Part shown: in pieces, positions 1-14,022 of the stretch
How the letters are laid out: every line of letters starts with the position of its first letter
How positions within the stretch are numbered: the first letter of the stretch is position 1
From: the human T2T-CHM13v2.0 reference genome, Homo sapiens
Length of the DNA stretch: 64,000 bases
Strand: one strand, 5' to 3'
Assembly (NCBI RefSeq): GCF_009914755.1
Contig: NC_060936.1
Notes under the pieces: model-generated
Seen by the model: the letters and a program-made list of their open reading frames with translations, nothing else
The model's database searches: none
What the model was told of the DNA's origin: nothing
Position numbers and translations under genes: made by a program

Positions 1-2889
1 CTTCAAGCCAATCCATAATTAGTCAAAGTAGATTATTTTAACACTGAAGATAAATTGAATGCAAATTACATAATGGTAAAGAAATGTGAAAATTATTTCA
101 CTAATTCCTATTTATAATAGCTTTGTGTAGTATGAATTTTCAGGTGCTAGAGCACTATTTCCTGGAAAATAATCTGAAACTTGTCATTAGGTGACTTAAT
201 CATTCCATGCAAGTTTTATGTGATCCTTAACCATGAGAATGATGCTATTCCCTCTGGATTCAGCTATTCTTCAATTATGTAGTTTCTATCTTCCCAAGAA
301 TTTTACTCAACTCTTCTTTCTGATTCCTTTTCCAGTTCATTCTGATCTCCTTTGAAAAGCAAATAAACAAATCAGAAGCTGCTTCTCATTATTTCCAAAC
401 CACGAAGTGATTCTCTGCTAGCTAATTCTATAACTCTACATACATCAAAACATGCTCTGCTAAGGAGAGTTCCTTTTCAGACTTTTTATTGCAATGTCGC
501 TTCCTTTAAGTATTTCTAGATTTAGTACATTTTTCCTATTCTTTTTACATTTTATATTGTCTTCACATTTCATATTTTCTTTGCTTTGTTATCGTAATAC
601 AACATCATTACACTTAAAGCCTACATTTGCATTTTAAGTTTGTGCTTGGAATATCACTATAAAATACACCCACGATTATTTAGGAAATAGATTTTTACCA
701 TAGAGCAAGAAAATAGTTATATATATTACATGAAACACTAGCAAACTTCTATTTCTAACTTATATTTCCTTCATATTTCCAGAGATATATGCACCAGAAG
801 CTATGCGTCAAATTAGTTAACTATTTGGTCAAATATGGCTTATGTAGATAAGGCCTGTATTATATTTTAAATTTGTTAAAACAATATCTTTCATTTGCAA
901 GGTATTGTGTAACTTATATAACATTTTAAAGCATAATAATATAATATACATTACTTGATTTTTATAAAACCATTGTTACAAAGGCTGTATACCAATTTTA
1001 CTGATAAAGAAACAATGCCTATGGCTATTAGTAGCAGGTTTGGGACCAGTTCCAAGTCTTCATATTTATGCTCCATTACTCCTTTCACCAAAGTGCACAA
1101 CTTGGCTAAGTGCAACTTTTGTATAAATAGACTCATAGCCAAGTAAAATTGAATTAACAGGGTTAAAACATTTTGTAGCTTTTATTTAAATGTGTATAGG
1201 CAAGGAAATTATATTTATAACAGGCTTAAAAAGAATTTATAAAAATTGTAAAAACAATTTACTCTGCTAAGGTAGATGAAAACTTAAAGATAAGTGAATT
1301 TTCATAATTCACTTATTTCCTACTTCTTCCAAAAGAAGTAGGTCTGGCAAATAGACATATTAATGATGTTTCTTTGATTCTTTTATTTTTGCTGCCACAT
1401 GTTCCATAATAAAAGAAATAAGTGAAAACTTGTCATTTATATTTACATTTTCTCCAATTGTTTTCAAATTTCTACATAGTATTATATAGCAACAGTGAGT
1501 TTTTATCAACCCGAAGAAAAAGGCCCTCAGCAACAAGAACAAAAATGTTGGGAAGTGATGCAAGGCATACTGTACCTGTTAATAATTGCACTTAATCAAA
1601 TTATCTGAGAGGAGAGGTCTCCTGAATATGGATTCTGAATATGGTTTCTATATAGGGTCTAACTCCATAGGATTCAAATGGGACTCAGAAAATTTTCCTA
1701 AAAGACAGCAGACAACCATATACCAGATTTCCAGAATAATTGATTTAATCATACACTTTATATAAAAAAGTTACATTTTATAGTGGGAAAAAAGTAAATT
1801 ACCAAAAGATGATTTTACGTTTTCCAAATGAAAATATGCAGAACCCAGAGAATCCAGTGGTTTAGTTAAGATTACATACATAAGATTACAAGAAATGAAA
1901 CTAGACTAAAGGTCATGACTGCTGATTCTCTATACACTTACATTTGTTTCAATAAATAGTTACTTTCCAAGAAAAAAAAGTTTTAGAAATTTCTGACCTA
2001 AATTTGTATTATTACAGTTGAAAATATGAAGCCACCTGATTAATTTACCATAGGCTGTTCTTTAAACTGTGAAGAAGAAACTAATGAAGCAGCAGTAGTG
2101 TTATTTTGTTGGCAGAGAAAAATTTTCATGACGGTCCAATAAAATTAATTATGCAATACATTATACTGAGAGCTATTCTGAAAATAAAGTAGAAATCTGA
2201 GTCAAATTTACATCAGTTTCTAGAAGGGTCATAAAATTAATTGCCTTTTACAGTTTAACATTATAAATAAAGCAACCCTGATATGTCCTCTCCATTTGTT
2301 GACAGAATTTATTTGTTCATGTCATAGTCAGAAGGGTAGAAACAGATGAATCAAGTGCCCTTTCATTTCACCAGCCTTCAGATTTAATTGAAGAAGGCTG
2401 CTTTGCTAATCTCCATCTCAGGGAAATTGCAAAATTGCTTATTAGGTTATCTTTCAATTTTAATCACTTCCCAGAGTAGAGATAGAGACTCAAGCACCTA
2501 GCACAAAAATTGAGTAAGTGAAATATTGCTCATATATAGAGTTTCCCAATGCACATGTTTGCAAAGCAAATATTCCACGTATATTAGATTGCATGACCAT
2601 GATTCTGATTAGTTATGTGTAATTTAAAATGAAAAATAGTAAAACCATGTTAAAATTGTTTGGCAGTTTTGCCAAATAATTGTTGGAAGAAAGGCACAGA
2701 TTTGCTTCCTTGATAGGGTAAAATACATTATGACGTAGCTTTGTGCTTTTATTAGAATTCTGCATAACTTACCATTACCAAATGTATTAAGAAGCTCCCT
2801 AGGCTCTCAACATATATATCTATCCCTTTATCTTAGGTCATTAGATGTAAAAAGTATCGAAAACCTGTGTTTCAAGCACTAAAAACTTT

Positions 2890-4925
2890 TATTTCTCAAA
2901 TATATATACATTTATATATATATTTCTCAAATATATATACATTTATATATATGTTTCTCAAATATATATACATTTATATATGTTTCTCAAATATATATAC
3001 ATTTATATATGTTTCTCAAATATATATACATTTATATATATTTCTCATATATACATTTATATATATATTTCTCAAATATATATACATTTATATATATATT
3101 TCTCAAATATATATACATTTATATATATTTCTCAAATATATATACTTTTATATATATATTTCTCAAATATATAATTTATATATATTTCTCAAATATATAT
3201 ACATTTATATATATTTCTCAAATATATATACATTTATATATATTTCTCAAATATATATACATTTATATATAGTTCTCAAATATATATACATTTATATATA
3301 GTTCTCAAATATATACATTTATATATACTTCTCAAATATATATACATTTATACATATAGTTCTCAAATATATATACATTTATATATAGTTCTCAAATATA
3401 TATACATTTATATATATATTTCTCAAATATGTATATATTTATATATATATTTCTCAAATATGTATATATATATTTCTCAAATATGTATATATTTACATAT
3501 ACTTCTCAAATATGTATATATTTATATATATTTCTCAAATATGTATATATTTATATATATTTCTCAAATATGTATATATTTATATATATATTTCTCAAAT
3601 AGTATATATTTATATATATTTCTCAAATATATATATTCATGTATATGTTTCTCAAATATATATATTCATGTATATGTTTCTCAAATATATATTCATGTAT
3701 ATGTTTCTCAAATATATATATTCATGTATGTTTCTCAAATATATATATTTATATATGTTTCTCAAATATATATATTTATGTTTCTCAAATATGTATATAT
3801 TTATATATATGTTTCTCAAATGTATATATTTATATATGTTTCTCAAATATGTATATATTTATATATGTTTCTCAAATATGTATATATTTATATATTTCTC
3901 AAATATGTATATATTTATATATATTTCTCAAATATGTATATATTTATATATATTTCTCAAATATGTATATATTTATATATATTTCTCAAATATATATATT
4001 CATGTATATATTTCTCAAATATATATATTCATGTATATATTTCTCAAATATATATATTCATGTATATATTTCTCAAATATGCATATTCATGTATATGTTT
4101 CTCAAATATATATATCTATATATGTTTCTCAAATATGTAGATATTTATATATGTTTCTCAAATATATATATTTATGTTTCTCAAATATGTACATATTTAT
4201 ATATATATTTCTCAAATATGTACATATTTATATATATTTCTCAGATATGTACATATTTATACATATTTCTCAGATATGTACATATTTATATATATTTCTC
4301 AAATATGTATATATTTATATATATTTCTCAAATATGTATATTTATACATATATTTCTGAAATATATATATTTATATGTATATTTCTCAAATATGTATATT
4401 TATACGTATATTTCTCAAATATGTATATTTATACGTATATTTCTCAAATATATATATTTATACGTATATTTCTCAAATATATATATACATATATTTCTCA
4501 AATATATATATTTATACATATATTTCTCAAATATATATATTTATACACTTATTTCTCAAATATATATATTTATACATATATTTCTCAAATATATATACAT
4601 ACATATATTTCTCAAATATATATATTCATACATATATTTCTCAAAGATATATATATTCATACATATATTTCTCAAGTATATATTCATACATATATTTCTC
4701 AAAATATATATACATACATATATTTCTCAAATATATCTATTCATACATATATTTCTGAAATATATATTTTCATACATATATTTCTCAAATTTATATGTAT
4801 ACATATATTTCTCAAATATATATATTTCTCAAATATATACATATTTGCATGTATATTTCTCAAATATATATATTTGCATATATATTTCTCAAATATATAT
4901 TTATATATATTTCTCAAATATATAT
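2890..4925. repeat. AT-rich minisatellite/VNTR, ~28-34 bp unit (core TTTCTCAAATAT + (TA)-rich spacer), roughly 65-70 units
   Basis: Near-invariant TTCTCAAATAT recurs about every 30 bp; spacer variants form blocks. Unit count is estimated from length. Confidence 0.97.
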
Positions 4926-5339
4926 AATATATAGGCTTTTAAGAATAATTGTTTTCCATCCATCATGTAATTTTCTTGTGTTAAAATTGTGTGTTACAAT
5001 TGTTACAAGAATTTTTTTCTTGAAACTACTGGGCAGAAATTATATTTTTCTTTACTTTGAATGAAGCAAAGTAAATTATTGACTGGAATCCATAAAATTA
5101 TAGTAATTAGACCAAAATATTATGGGAATTTTGTGAGTTGGAGTTCTCTTCATAGTTTATTTCCTTCAGTTTGTATCCAAATTAGAGCCAATGACTTTCT
5201 AAGAAAATGACATTTTCATAAAAATTATAATAAAATAGCTATAATTTTTCATCACCAATGTATCCCTACAAATTTGACCAAAATCATAGGAATTATTTAA
5301 CATCTTTTCTCTCATTTATTCTATGCAATATTATGTTGT

Positions 5340-5470
5340 TATCTCCATTATACAGATAGTGAGGCTGAAGAATAGAAAAGTTAAAAACTTTCTCCAGACT
5401 ACATGGCTGCCAAATGATAGAGCTAAGAGTTCAGTCCACATTTGGCTAATGCTAATATCTATACTCTTTA
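5340..5470 (-). mobile_element. MIR SINE fragment
   Basis: 'ctccattatacagatagtgaggctga...gttaaaaactttctccagactacatggct' resembles the reverse-complemented MIR core. Confidence 0.6.
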
Positions 5471-6194
5471 CCCTGATTAACAGCATTCTGTACTACCAAG
5501 TTTAAATTAGTGACAAGGTGATCCGAGATGATCTGATCACAATTTGAGAAATAGCCACATGACTTGTCTCTCATCTCCACAAACAACTTCACAATATGCT
5601 CTAGCGAGGTATCTTTTGGTAGGAAGATATATATTCCCTAGACTTGTATGACTTACATTATAATTAGAAACAGAGCAATATTGAAAACAAAAATTTAGTC
5701 TACTTCTGTGTTTGATATAAAGAAGCCAAGAGATAGTTTAAGGCATATGAATCAGAAGGATAATTAATATTTTTTCCCATTAAAAAGTAATATTATTTAT
5801 AAGCAATTTGGACAATATAAAAAAATAAACAGTAGAGAAAAAGGATCAGCCATAATTCCATTGTTTACGTGCAATTGATAAAAATTTTCCATATATATTA
5901 GCACATATAATATCAGTGTATTATATCATGGTATATGTCAATTACAATATACATTATATAGTTCAGTTATAATTATGTATTTGTATTTATAGGTATATAG
6001 AGAATAAGAATATAAAATTTACATGCTTGCCTACAAATCTTTGTCATATATTTATTTTATTAGAAAAATAATCTAGAAACTGATTGGAAAAATTTGATTT
6101 ACTTTACCAAATTTCTTTACAGAAATTTATATCAGTTTATACTCCCAACTATAGAAAAGTAATTGACATCTTGTCATATAGGGGAAGTGAGGGT

Positions 6195-6578
6195 TGTATT
6201 ATCCAAGCTGCCAAGAACACTGTAGTTAGTTTCTTCACTAGACATTGGTTTAGGTCTCTTCCCTAGACATTGCCCAAGGTTAGGCCCCTCTCCAGGGTAC
6301 CTATTTGCAATTACTAGTTAATGTGGAAGGACGAAGGTCTAAACTCCTTGCCCAATTCAAGACATTTCTAAAGGACTATCCCAGCTCCAGAGCTCTTAAT
6401 GGGATTGGCTTAGACATTGGTTGCAACTGGATCAGAGTTCAAATTTTCTCTCTGCCAAATCCTACAAATGATAACAAATGTATCATCATGAGCTTTGTTA
6501 CCAAAAGCTCTCCTCAGCAAACTGCCTTCAAACTAATCTCTACCTGAGCTTGTTTCCAGTGGAACTTGACTTAAAACA
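6195..6578 (+). mobile_element. LTR16-like (ERVL) solo LTR
   Basis: 'ggactatcccagctccagagctc...ctctctgccaaatcc...ctgagcttgtttccagtggaacttgac' matches remembered LTR16 motifs; it appears to interrupt an old L1M fragment. Confidence 0.6.
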
Positions 6579-7539
6579 TATTAATTTTTGATATCTCCAC
6601 TCATAAATATGGTATCCTTCTCCTTTATTTAAGGCTATTTTTCAAATGTGTCTTGATAATGTTTTGTGTTTTTCTCCCTAATCATTTCAATTTATAAATC
6701 TAAACATTTTATAGATATAGATATAGATATTTGATGTAATGAATACAATGAATTAATACATTTTACTACCTAAAGGCAATTTTTTTGTGATGATAAACCA
6801 TCAAACTCAAATAAAAAAAGAAACCCTGAAATATTTATAAAAAATACAAAGAATCAATAGGATTAACATGTATAGAGTGATTATGAATCAGTAATCAATT
6901 ACTAACACCAAAATAGAGTAATCACCAAAGCATCTTCACATTTTGTCTTTAGTTGAGGTCTAAATTGTAAAGTAGGTTGAGGCAAGTCAAAGTCTGAGGT
7001 CGAACGTCCACTGTGCTCCTCCAGCCTCTCTTTATCTCCTAATTCCCTTGCTTCAGAGGATGTTACCTGGCTCCTTAGATCTCTATGAAACACCATCTGG
7101 AAACTGTTGCTTTAAAAGAGAAATTAATTTTAAATAGGAATAAAGCATAGAGAAATAAACATATAAACAAATTACTTTTCTATCGTTAACCATATTAAAG
7201 CATTAAAGATTCATGTTAAAGGGGGAAGGTACATCTTTTCTATTATTTATAATAAATTTTGACATAAAAATAATAATAGAGTATAATGAGACAAATAATT
7301 ACAAACTTTCAATACTGAGACCTTCAAATAGGTAGCATCCAATACTTTCTGAGAAATTATCTCAAGTCATTAGAGATTCAGAGAAATATTTCAATTCATA
7401 ATTTTGATTAAAGTATTGTTTATAACAGATAATGTTAAACAATCAAAATGCTCATGGAAAAACAATAATAGGTAACAATTCTTGAGAGTTTACTATGATT
7501 TGGATACTCCAAATAATAACTCGAGATAAGTTCCAAAAT

Positions 7540-8618
7540 TGACCCATTTTATGGTCTATCCATGTAATAGAAAATGATTCTGCAAGGTGTGCAGGCAGCA
7601 CATAAAAGTTGACAGTTGCAGAACCACAGCTCCTCTCTGATACACTCCTGAAGAACAGTGGTAAAGGGAAATTTTCTCAGGAAAACCTTCAAAGCTGCCC
7701 ACTTTGCTTTGAAGGAGAAATGGCCAGGCATGCAATTCATGGGCTGCCAATTGTTTGGATGGTCAGGAACTTGGAAGAAACATGATTGGAAAATTGGTGA
7801 CAAAGACATTTGGGAAAGAGGAATGTGAATAGACGTGTTAGAATGGGCAAATGACATAATAATATGTGTCCCATGTGAAACTCACCAAAAGGTGGCCTCA
7901 ACAGAGGAGTATTTTAGTAATCAAATGGATAGGATGACATGTTTTGTAAATACCAATTGGCCTCTCCCCAACCCTTGCCACCAAGTGCTCCTCACGCCTC
8001 TGAGTCAACAGGCAAAGAAGAGAATAACAGTGTTGGCTAAGGTAATTGATCCTGACTACCAAGGGAAAATTTGACTACTACTCCACAATGGAGGTAAGGA
8101 AGAATATGTCTGAAGTACAGGACATCCCTTAGGATGTCCTCGGTGTTACTATGTCCTGTGATTAAGGTCAATAGGAAATTACAACCCCATCCAAGCAGAA
8201 CTACAAATGACCCAGGCCCTTTAGGGATTAAGTTTGGGTCACCTTATTAGGTAAAGAACATAACCAGCTGAGGTACTTACTGAAGGCAAAGAGAACACAG
8301 AATGAGTAGTAGAAGGTAGTTATAAATACGAACTATACTGTGTGACTTAAGAAATTAAGAAATTGTCTTGAATATTTACTTTCTCTCTAATATCCTTATG
8401 ATGTAACATAAAATTATTAACTTTTTATCAGTATTAAGTATTATTACCACTACATCATAGTATTTAAGTTATGTGACATTACTTAAGGACTTTACATTCT
8501 CTTCTGGGGAAGGGATTAGATTTTTGGTTATATGCAAGATAGCTGTATTATGTTATATGGAATGACCTTATTATTGTCTTTATTTGTGTATGGGTGCCAA
8601 GTTGATAAAGGGTCAGCA
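7540..8618 (+). mobile_element. ERV-L (HERV-L-like) internal remnant: pol RNase H region joined to dUTPase, then 3' region and PPT
   Basis: 7757-7830 translates GWSGTWKKHDWKIGDKDIWERGM (ERV-L RNase H); 8002-8110 gives SQQAKKRITVLAKVIDPDYQGKI*LLLHNGGKEEY (ERV-L dUTPase); PPT-like 'gccaagttgataaaggg' precedes the LTR; stops and frameshifts throughout. Confidence 0.88.
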
Positions 8619-9140
8619 TTTGCTGGTTAATTGTATGTGTCAACTTGACTGGGCTTGATCAAATAGCTGGCGAAAGATTATTTCTGGGTGTGTCTGTGAG
8701 GATATCTCCAGAAGTGATTAGAATTTGAGTCAGTTGCCTGAGTAAAGATCATTCCTTTCGCAAGGTGGCCTGGCATTATGCAACCTTTTGAGCACTCTAA
8801 TGAAGCAAAAAAGGGAGGGCAAATTCTCTCTCTCCTATTGAGCTGGGACATCCATCTTCTGCCTTTGGATGTAGGAGCTTTTGGTTTTTATACCTTCTGA
8901 ATCCAGAACTTATACCCTCATCCCTCCTTCCCCACAACCCCTGGTTCTCAGCTTTTCAGACATGGGCTGGAATTTACACCATAGGTGGAATCTTGCTTCT
9001 CAGGTTTCCTGATCAGCCTGGACTAAATTATATCACTGGCTTTGATGGTTCTTCCAGCTTGCAGAGTTGGTGGTAGGACTCCTCAGCCTTCACAATTATG
9101 AGAGCCAATTCCCAAAATCAATCTCTCTCTCTCTCTCTCT
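8619..9140 (+). mobile_element. MLT2 (C/D-like) 3' LTR of the ERV-L; terminal end missing
   Basis: Starts 'tgctggttaattgtatgtgtcaacttgactgggc'; contains 'gagctgggacatccatcttctgcc' and 'gagccaattccc' followed by (CT)n. Confidence 0.85.
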
Positions 9141-10107
9141 GTTAGGATAGAGAGATACATACTTGTTTGTATTGCTTTCTCTCTATCTCTCTCTTCTGAG
9201 ATAGAAAGACAGAGAAATACAAACAAGTATGCATTGTCTTATAATCAGATAAAATTATTTACAAAGTATGTATTATCTTATAATCACATAAAATTGTTAT
9301 TTGGAAATACAAAACATATTAAAGAGTATCCACTTATTAAAACTGTGAGGTATAACTTTGCTTGTTGATTTTGGTAGCAGCCAAAGTATTGACCCCAAAA
9401 TAAATATGCTGACTTCTTTGAGGAATTATTGTAGTAGGTAAGGTATCATTTACTTCATGTCTTATTTGGTTCAAAAATGTCATTTATGCAATTTCCTTAG
9501 AATTCCCTTTCTATGCTCTTTGTACGAGCTGCACTTTGGTTTCTCATACTTACATTTTGTGAAGGTTTCTCATAAAATGGGGTTTTCTAGCATTATCTGG
9601 GCCATTTATGTCACTATTTCTATCTCTCTCTCTGTGTCTGTTTCTTTTTGCATTAGAGTGAAAGAGTACAAAATGTAATTTGTCCATTAGTAAAAAATTA
9701 TGAGTCCAGGTTGGCAAGGGCAAATGGAGACCTCAACAATAGGTCAATTGTGATGTAATTAATTACAGTCATGTAGCTTGGAGTTCAGGCTGATGACGAT
9801 TCAGTTACACATCCCAGAGAGAGGGAGAAAGAGAACACAGATTGATTCTGTTCCAAACAGTTAACAGAAAATGTCGTTGTGCCTTATTCTGCTTACAAGT
9901 GAAACTCTTGAAAAATCTTAATGGAAAGAACTAATGTATTTTTTTTTTGGTAAATTTTACTTGAAATTGTTTATACAGGTTATAAGAGAAAAATGTATCA
10001 GTGTTCTTTATGGTTAGGTCTGTAGGATTTTCTCTTAACCATTCACAAAATTGCCAATTAAGTTTTATTTTCTAACATTTTTCTGTTGTTTAAAAAAGTG
10101 CATGAAC

Positions 10108-10156
10108 ATATATATGTGTGTATATATATACACACAAACACACACACACACACACA
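10108..10156. repeat. compound (TA)/(TG)/(CA) microsatellite
   Basis: Direct reading. Confidence 0.85.
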
Positions 10157-11864
10157 TCCCATCAGTGAAAAAATAATCATTTAATGTTCTCCTAAGTTAT
10201 ATAAGTCTAACTTACTGGACCATATGTATTTGAAGAGAATGAACACGTACATTAAATAATTTTATAGTGCATCTAAGATGTATTAGGTTCTGAGTCTTAG
10301 AATAATTTACAATGAAAAGGAATGTGGTTTCCACCTTAATAAAAATGAAGTGTTTTGGATATACATAAGAAACGATGACACTGATTCAAGATTTGTTCAT
10401 TTTAATAGTTTAACACGCACAAAATATTTGAGAATAATATTTTACTGAGCTTTCTTGTATTTTTAATTTTTTTTCAGCTGCCATTTCTGAGCCTTTTAAT
10501 ATTTCAAGTTTGCTCAAAAACTTTCCAACATTCTTAGTGTTAATCAATTTATCCACATTGTTTTCCAGAATTTTTCAGTGAAATTTTTGAGCCAATATAA
10601 ATGTCTCAAATATTTTTGAGACAATGTCTCTCACACAGTAAGATCAATTTCACATTATAATCCAACAGTGATAGTGTAGTTTGAATGCTGTGCTAAGGTG
10701 ACTGGAGACTACTTTTAAAAATCAGTATAGGCAATAAATAATTTGTGTTAAAAACAAGCTTGAGAAACTTGAAGCTAAATTTAAAGATTTAAGGAAGCCA
10801 ACTTGAGGGAAGGGGCAAAGAAAATTAGGAAAACATTAGAGTTGACACCTATGAGAACTTTGCTATTACTTTTCCTTAAAAATGTCTACAGGAATCTCAT
10901 TTTCACCTCCTATTTGTCACTGTTCTATCCTTTCTTTCTCGCTTTCTCCCTCCTTGCTTCCTCACTCTCTTTATTCTTTCCTGCTCTCTACAAATATTAA
11001 CTTAGTCTTAAGATAATCCAAGCAGTGAGTGGATACACATACAAAAAATAAATATTCATAAACTGAAATTCTGTCTATTTACTCTCCTGTTTAATTGGTT
11101 TTCTATTTAAAATATATTAGTTATATTTCCTTTTATATTCTTATCTACTCTTTTAAAAGCTTTGTATGTGCTATTTTTTATATTTACTGGAAGCTTCATG
11201 TGTACTTGTTCATATATGTTATACGTTTTCCTAACAATATAGGAAAAATAACTTTTAATATAATTCTATTAAAATAAGTTTTATATATCATTACCTACCT
11301 ACATATGTGCTTCTCCAACTTTTTACATTAGAAATGCATTTTCCTTACAGGTAGAAATTTCATTGTTTTATATTTTTATGTCAAAAATAATTTTTGAGAG
11401 TTGCACCATTTATAATCAGGTTTTAATAATAATTTAGACTCCTTTTTACAGCTTTCAAAACTCTAGTTCATTATTTTGTATCTTGAGTTTATTTTAAATA
11501 AGGAGTTTAATGTTTATCTGAGTGATAAATATTTATCATAATACTAAGAAAATCATAACAAAGAAAGAAACATATTGTTGTTCTTATTCTGTGCTTTTTT
11601 TTTCATGGTTATTCAGCTGCTTCAGTTTATTCAAGGACTCAAAATATATCCATTGTAAGAGTCAAAGCATTATTGTGTTCAGCGTTTACTGACAGGTACA
11701 GGACTGACAATCATTATTTCTAAAGCTTACACTCACTGTTTATATTCACATGTGGTGTTGGGCCTCTTTTCCTCATGTGCTATGGTTCTTTTAAAAATTT
11801 TGTTTTCTGTTTTAAGTGTTCAAGTTTGACAAGTCCCACACTGTTTATACTTTAAAAGTGCTCT

Positions 11865-13662
11865 TTTAACACCTCGCAAAATAAAATACTTAGGTATAAA
11901 TCTAAAAAATGTGTAAGATCTATATGGGAAAAGCTGCAAAACTCTAATGAAAGAAATCAAAGAAGGCCTAAATAGAGACATTGTATGTTCACGCATAGGA
12001 AGAGTCAATATCGTCAAGATGATAGTTTCTCCCAACTTATCTATACATTCAATACCATCCCAATCAGAATTCCAGCAAGTTATTTTGTGGATACCAAGAA
12101 GCCGATTTTTAAGTTTGTATAGAGAGGTGAAATACTCAGAATAACCAACACAGTATTAAAAAGGAGAACAAATTAGGGAATAGACACTACACAACTTTCA
12201 AACTTCTTATAAAGTTACAGTAATTAAGACAGTGTAGTACTCGTGAAAAACTAAATACATAAATAGAACACAATAGAGAAACAGACATAAAAATATAGTC
12301 ACGAGCTTTGACAAAGGTGCAAAGACAATACAATAGAAAAAATAATGCGGGGACAACTAAACATCTACGACCAAAACAAGAAATTTAGCACAGACGTCAT
12401 ACCTTCACAAAAATTAACTAAAACTGGATTACAGACCTGAGAACATCCAGATGACTTTGAGTTTGGCAATGCCTTAGATACAATGCTAAATTATTTGTTA
12501 CCATGAAAGCAATAATTGATCAGAGAAAATTCATTAAAATTTTTTTAAAAATTTTGTGCTCTGTGGAAGACACTGTAAAGAGAATGAGAAAACAAATCAC
12601 AGACTCAAAGAAAATGTTAGCAAAGTCATACCTCATTAAGGACTTATGTAAAATATAAAAAGAATGCTCAAAACTCAGTAATAAGTTAATGAACAACCTA
12701 ATTAAAATGTGGACAAATGATCTGAGTAGACACCTAACTAAAGAAGATTATATAGATGGCAAATAAACATATGAAAAAACGTTGAATATCATGTGTCATT
12801 AGGCAACTGCAAATTAGAAAAATAAGATAGTTCTATACACATGTTAGAATGGCCAAAATCCAAAACACTGAAACACCAAGTGCTGGCAAAGATACGGAGC
12901 AACAGGAATTCTTATTCATTGCTGACAGGAATGCAAAATGGTACAGCCACTTTGAAAGACAATTTGATAGTTTCTTACAAAACTAAATATAGTGCCCGTA
13001 AATAACCCTTTTTAGTATTTACCCAAGTGAGTTGATAACTTATGTCCACACAAGAACCTGCACCTGCACATGGGTGTTTACAGAAGCTATACTCACAATT
13101 GTCAAAATGTGAAAGCAAACAAAATGTACTTCAGTAGATGAATAAACTGTGATATATTCAGACAATATAACACTATGAAGCTCTAAAAATGAATGAGCTA
13201 TCAAAATACAAAAACATATGGAGAAAATTTAAATGCATAATTACTAAGTAAAAAGGCTAATTTAAGAAAGCCACATACTGTATGATTCCAACTATATGCC
13301 ATTCTGGAACAGTTAAAACTATGGAGACAGTAAAATGACTAGTAGTTGCCAGGAATTAGGAGGTAGATAAGGAGAAATAAGCAGAACATAGAAAACTTTT
13401 AGGGCAGTAAAAATATTCAGTATGATACTATAATGGTGGATATATGTCATCAAACATTTATTTAAAAAATCATAGACTGTACAACACAAGTGAACCCTAA
13501 CATAAATTTCGGACTTTAGGAGATAGTGATGAGTTTATTTAGGTTTACTGATTGCAACAAATGTACCAATCTGGAGGTATGTTTTATGTGCGTGGGCAGG
13601 GGTATATGGGAATTCTCTGTACCTTCCACTCAATTTTGATGTGAATGGCTCTAAAAATTATG
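11865..13662 (+). mobile_element. old 5'-truncated L1 (L1MB/L1MC-like): ORF2 3' part and 3' UTR
   Basis: 'aaaatacttaggtataaatcta', decayed ORF2 (MKEIKEGLNRDIVCSRIGRVNIVKM) and L1M-type 3' end 'gggtatatgggaattctctgtaccttcc'. Confidence 0.88.
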
Positions 13663-13664
13663 TA

Positions 13665-14022
13665 CAGGTTGAGTATCCCTTATCCAAAATGCTGAGACCA
13701 GACGTGTTTCAGATTTTTTAGTTTTTTTTCAAATTTTGGAATAGATGCATACATGCAATGAGATATGTTGGGGATGGGATCCAAATCTAGACACAAAATT
13801 CATTTATGTTTTATATATACCTTATACACATAACCTACAGGTAATTTATACAATATTTTAAATAATTTGGTGCATGGGAAGTTTTGATTGTGTTTGACTG
13901 CAATCTATCACATGAGTTCAGGTGTAAAATTTTCCACCTGTGATGACATGTTTGTGTTCAAAAAGTTTCGTATTTTGGAGCATTTTGTATTTCAAATTTT
14001 TGGATTAGGGATACTCAAGCTG
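13665..14022 (+). mobile_element. Tigger4b/MER46-like TcMar DNA transposon, full length
   Basis: TIRs CAGGTTGAGTATCCCTTATCCAAAA / TTTTGGATTAGGGATACTCAAGCTG, flanked by TA on both sides; sits in the L1 tail. Confidence 0.9.

Noticed and set aside
2867-5064. Long ORFs (up to 471 aa) and a CRISPR-like constant-core/variable-spacer look
   Set aside because: The ORFs are Y/I/F low-complexity translations of the minisatellite. Spacers are variants of each other, there are no cas genes, and the context is primate DNA.
10602-10623. 9-bp hairpin TGTCTCAAA/TTTGAGACA overlapping a match to the minisatellite core
   Set aside because: Short and AT-rich; plausible by chance in 64 kb.
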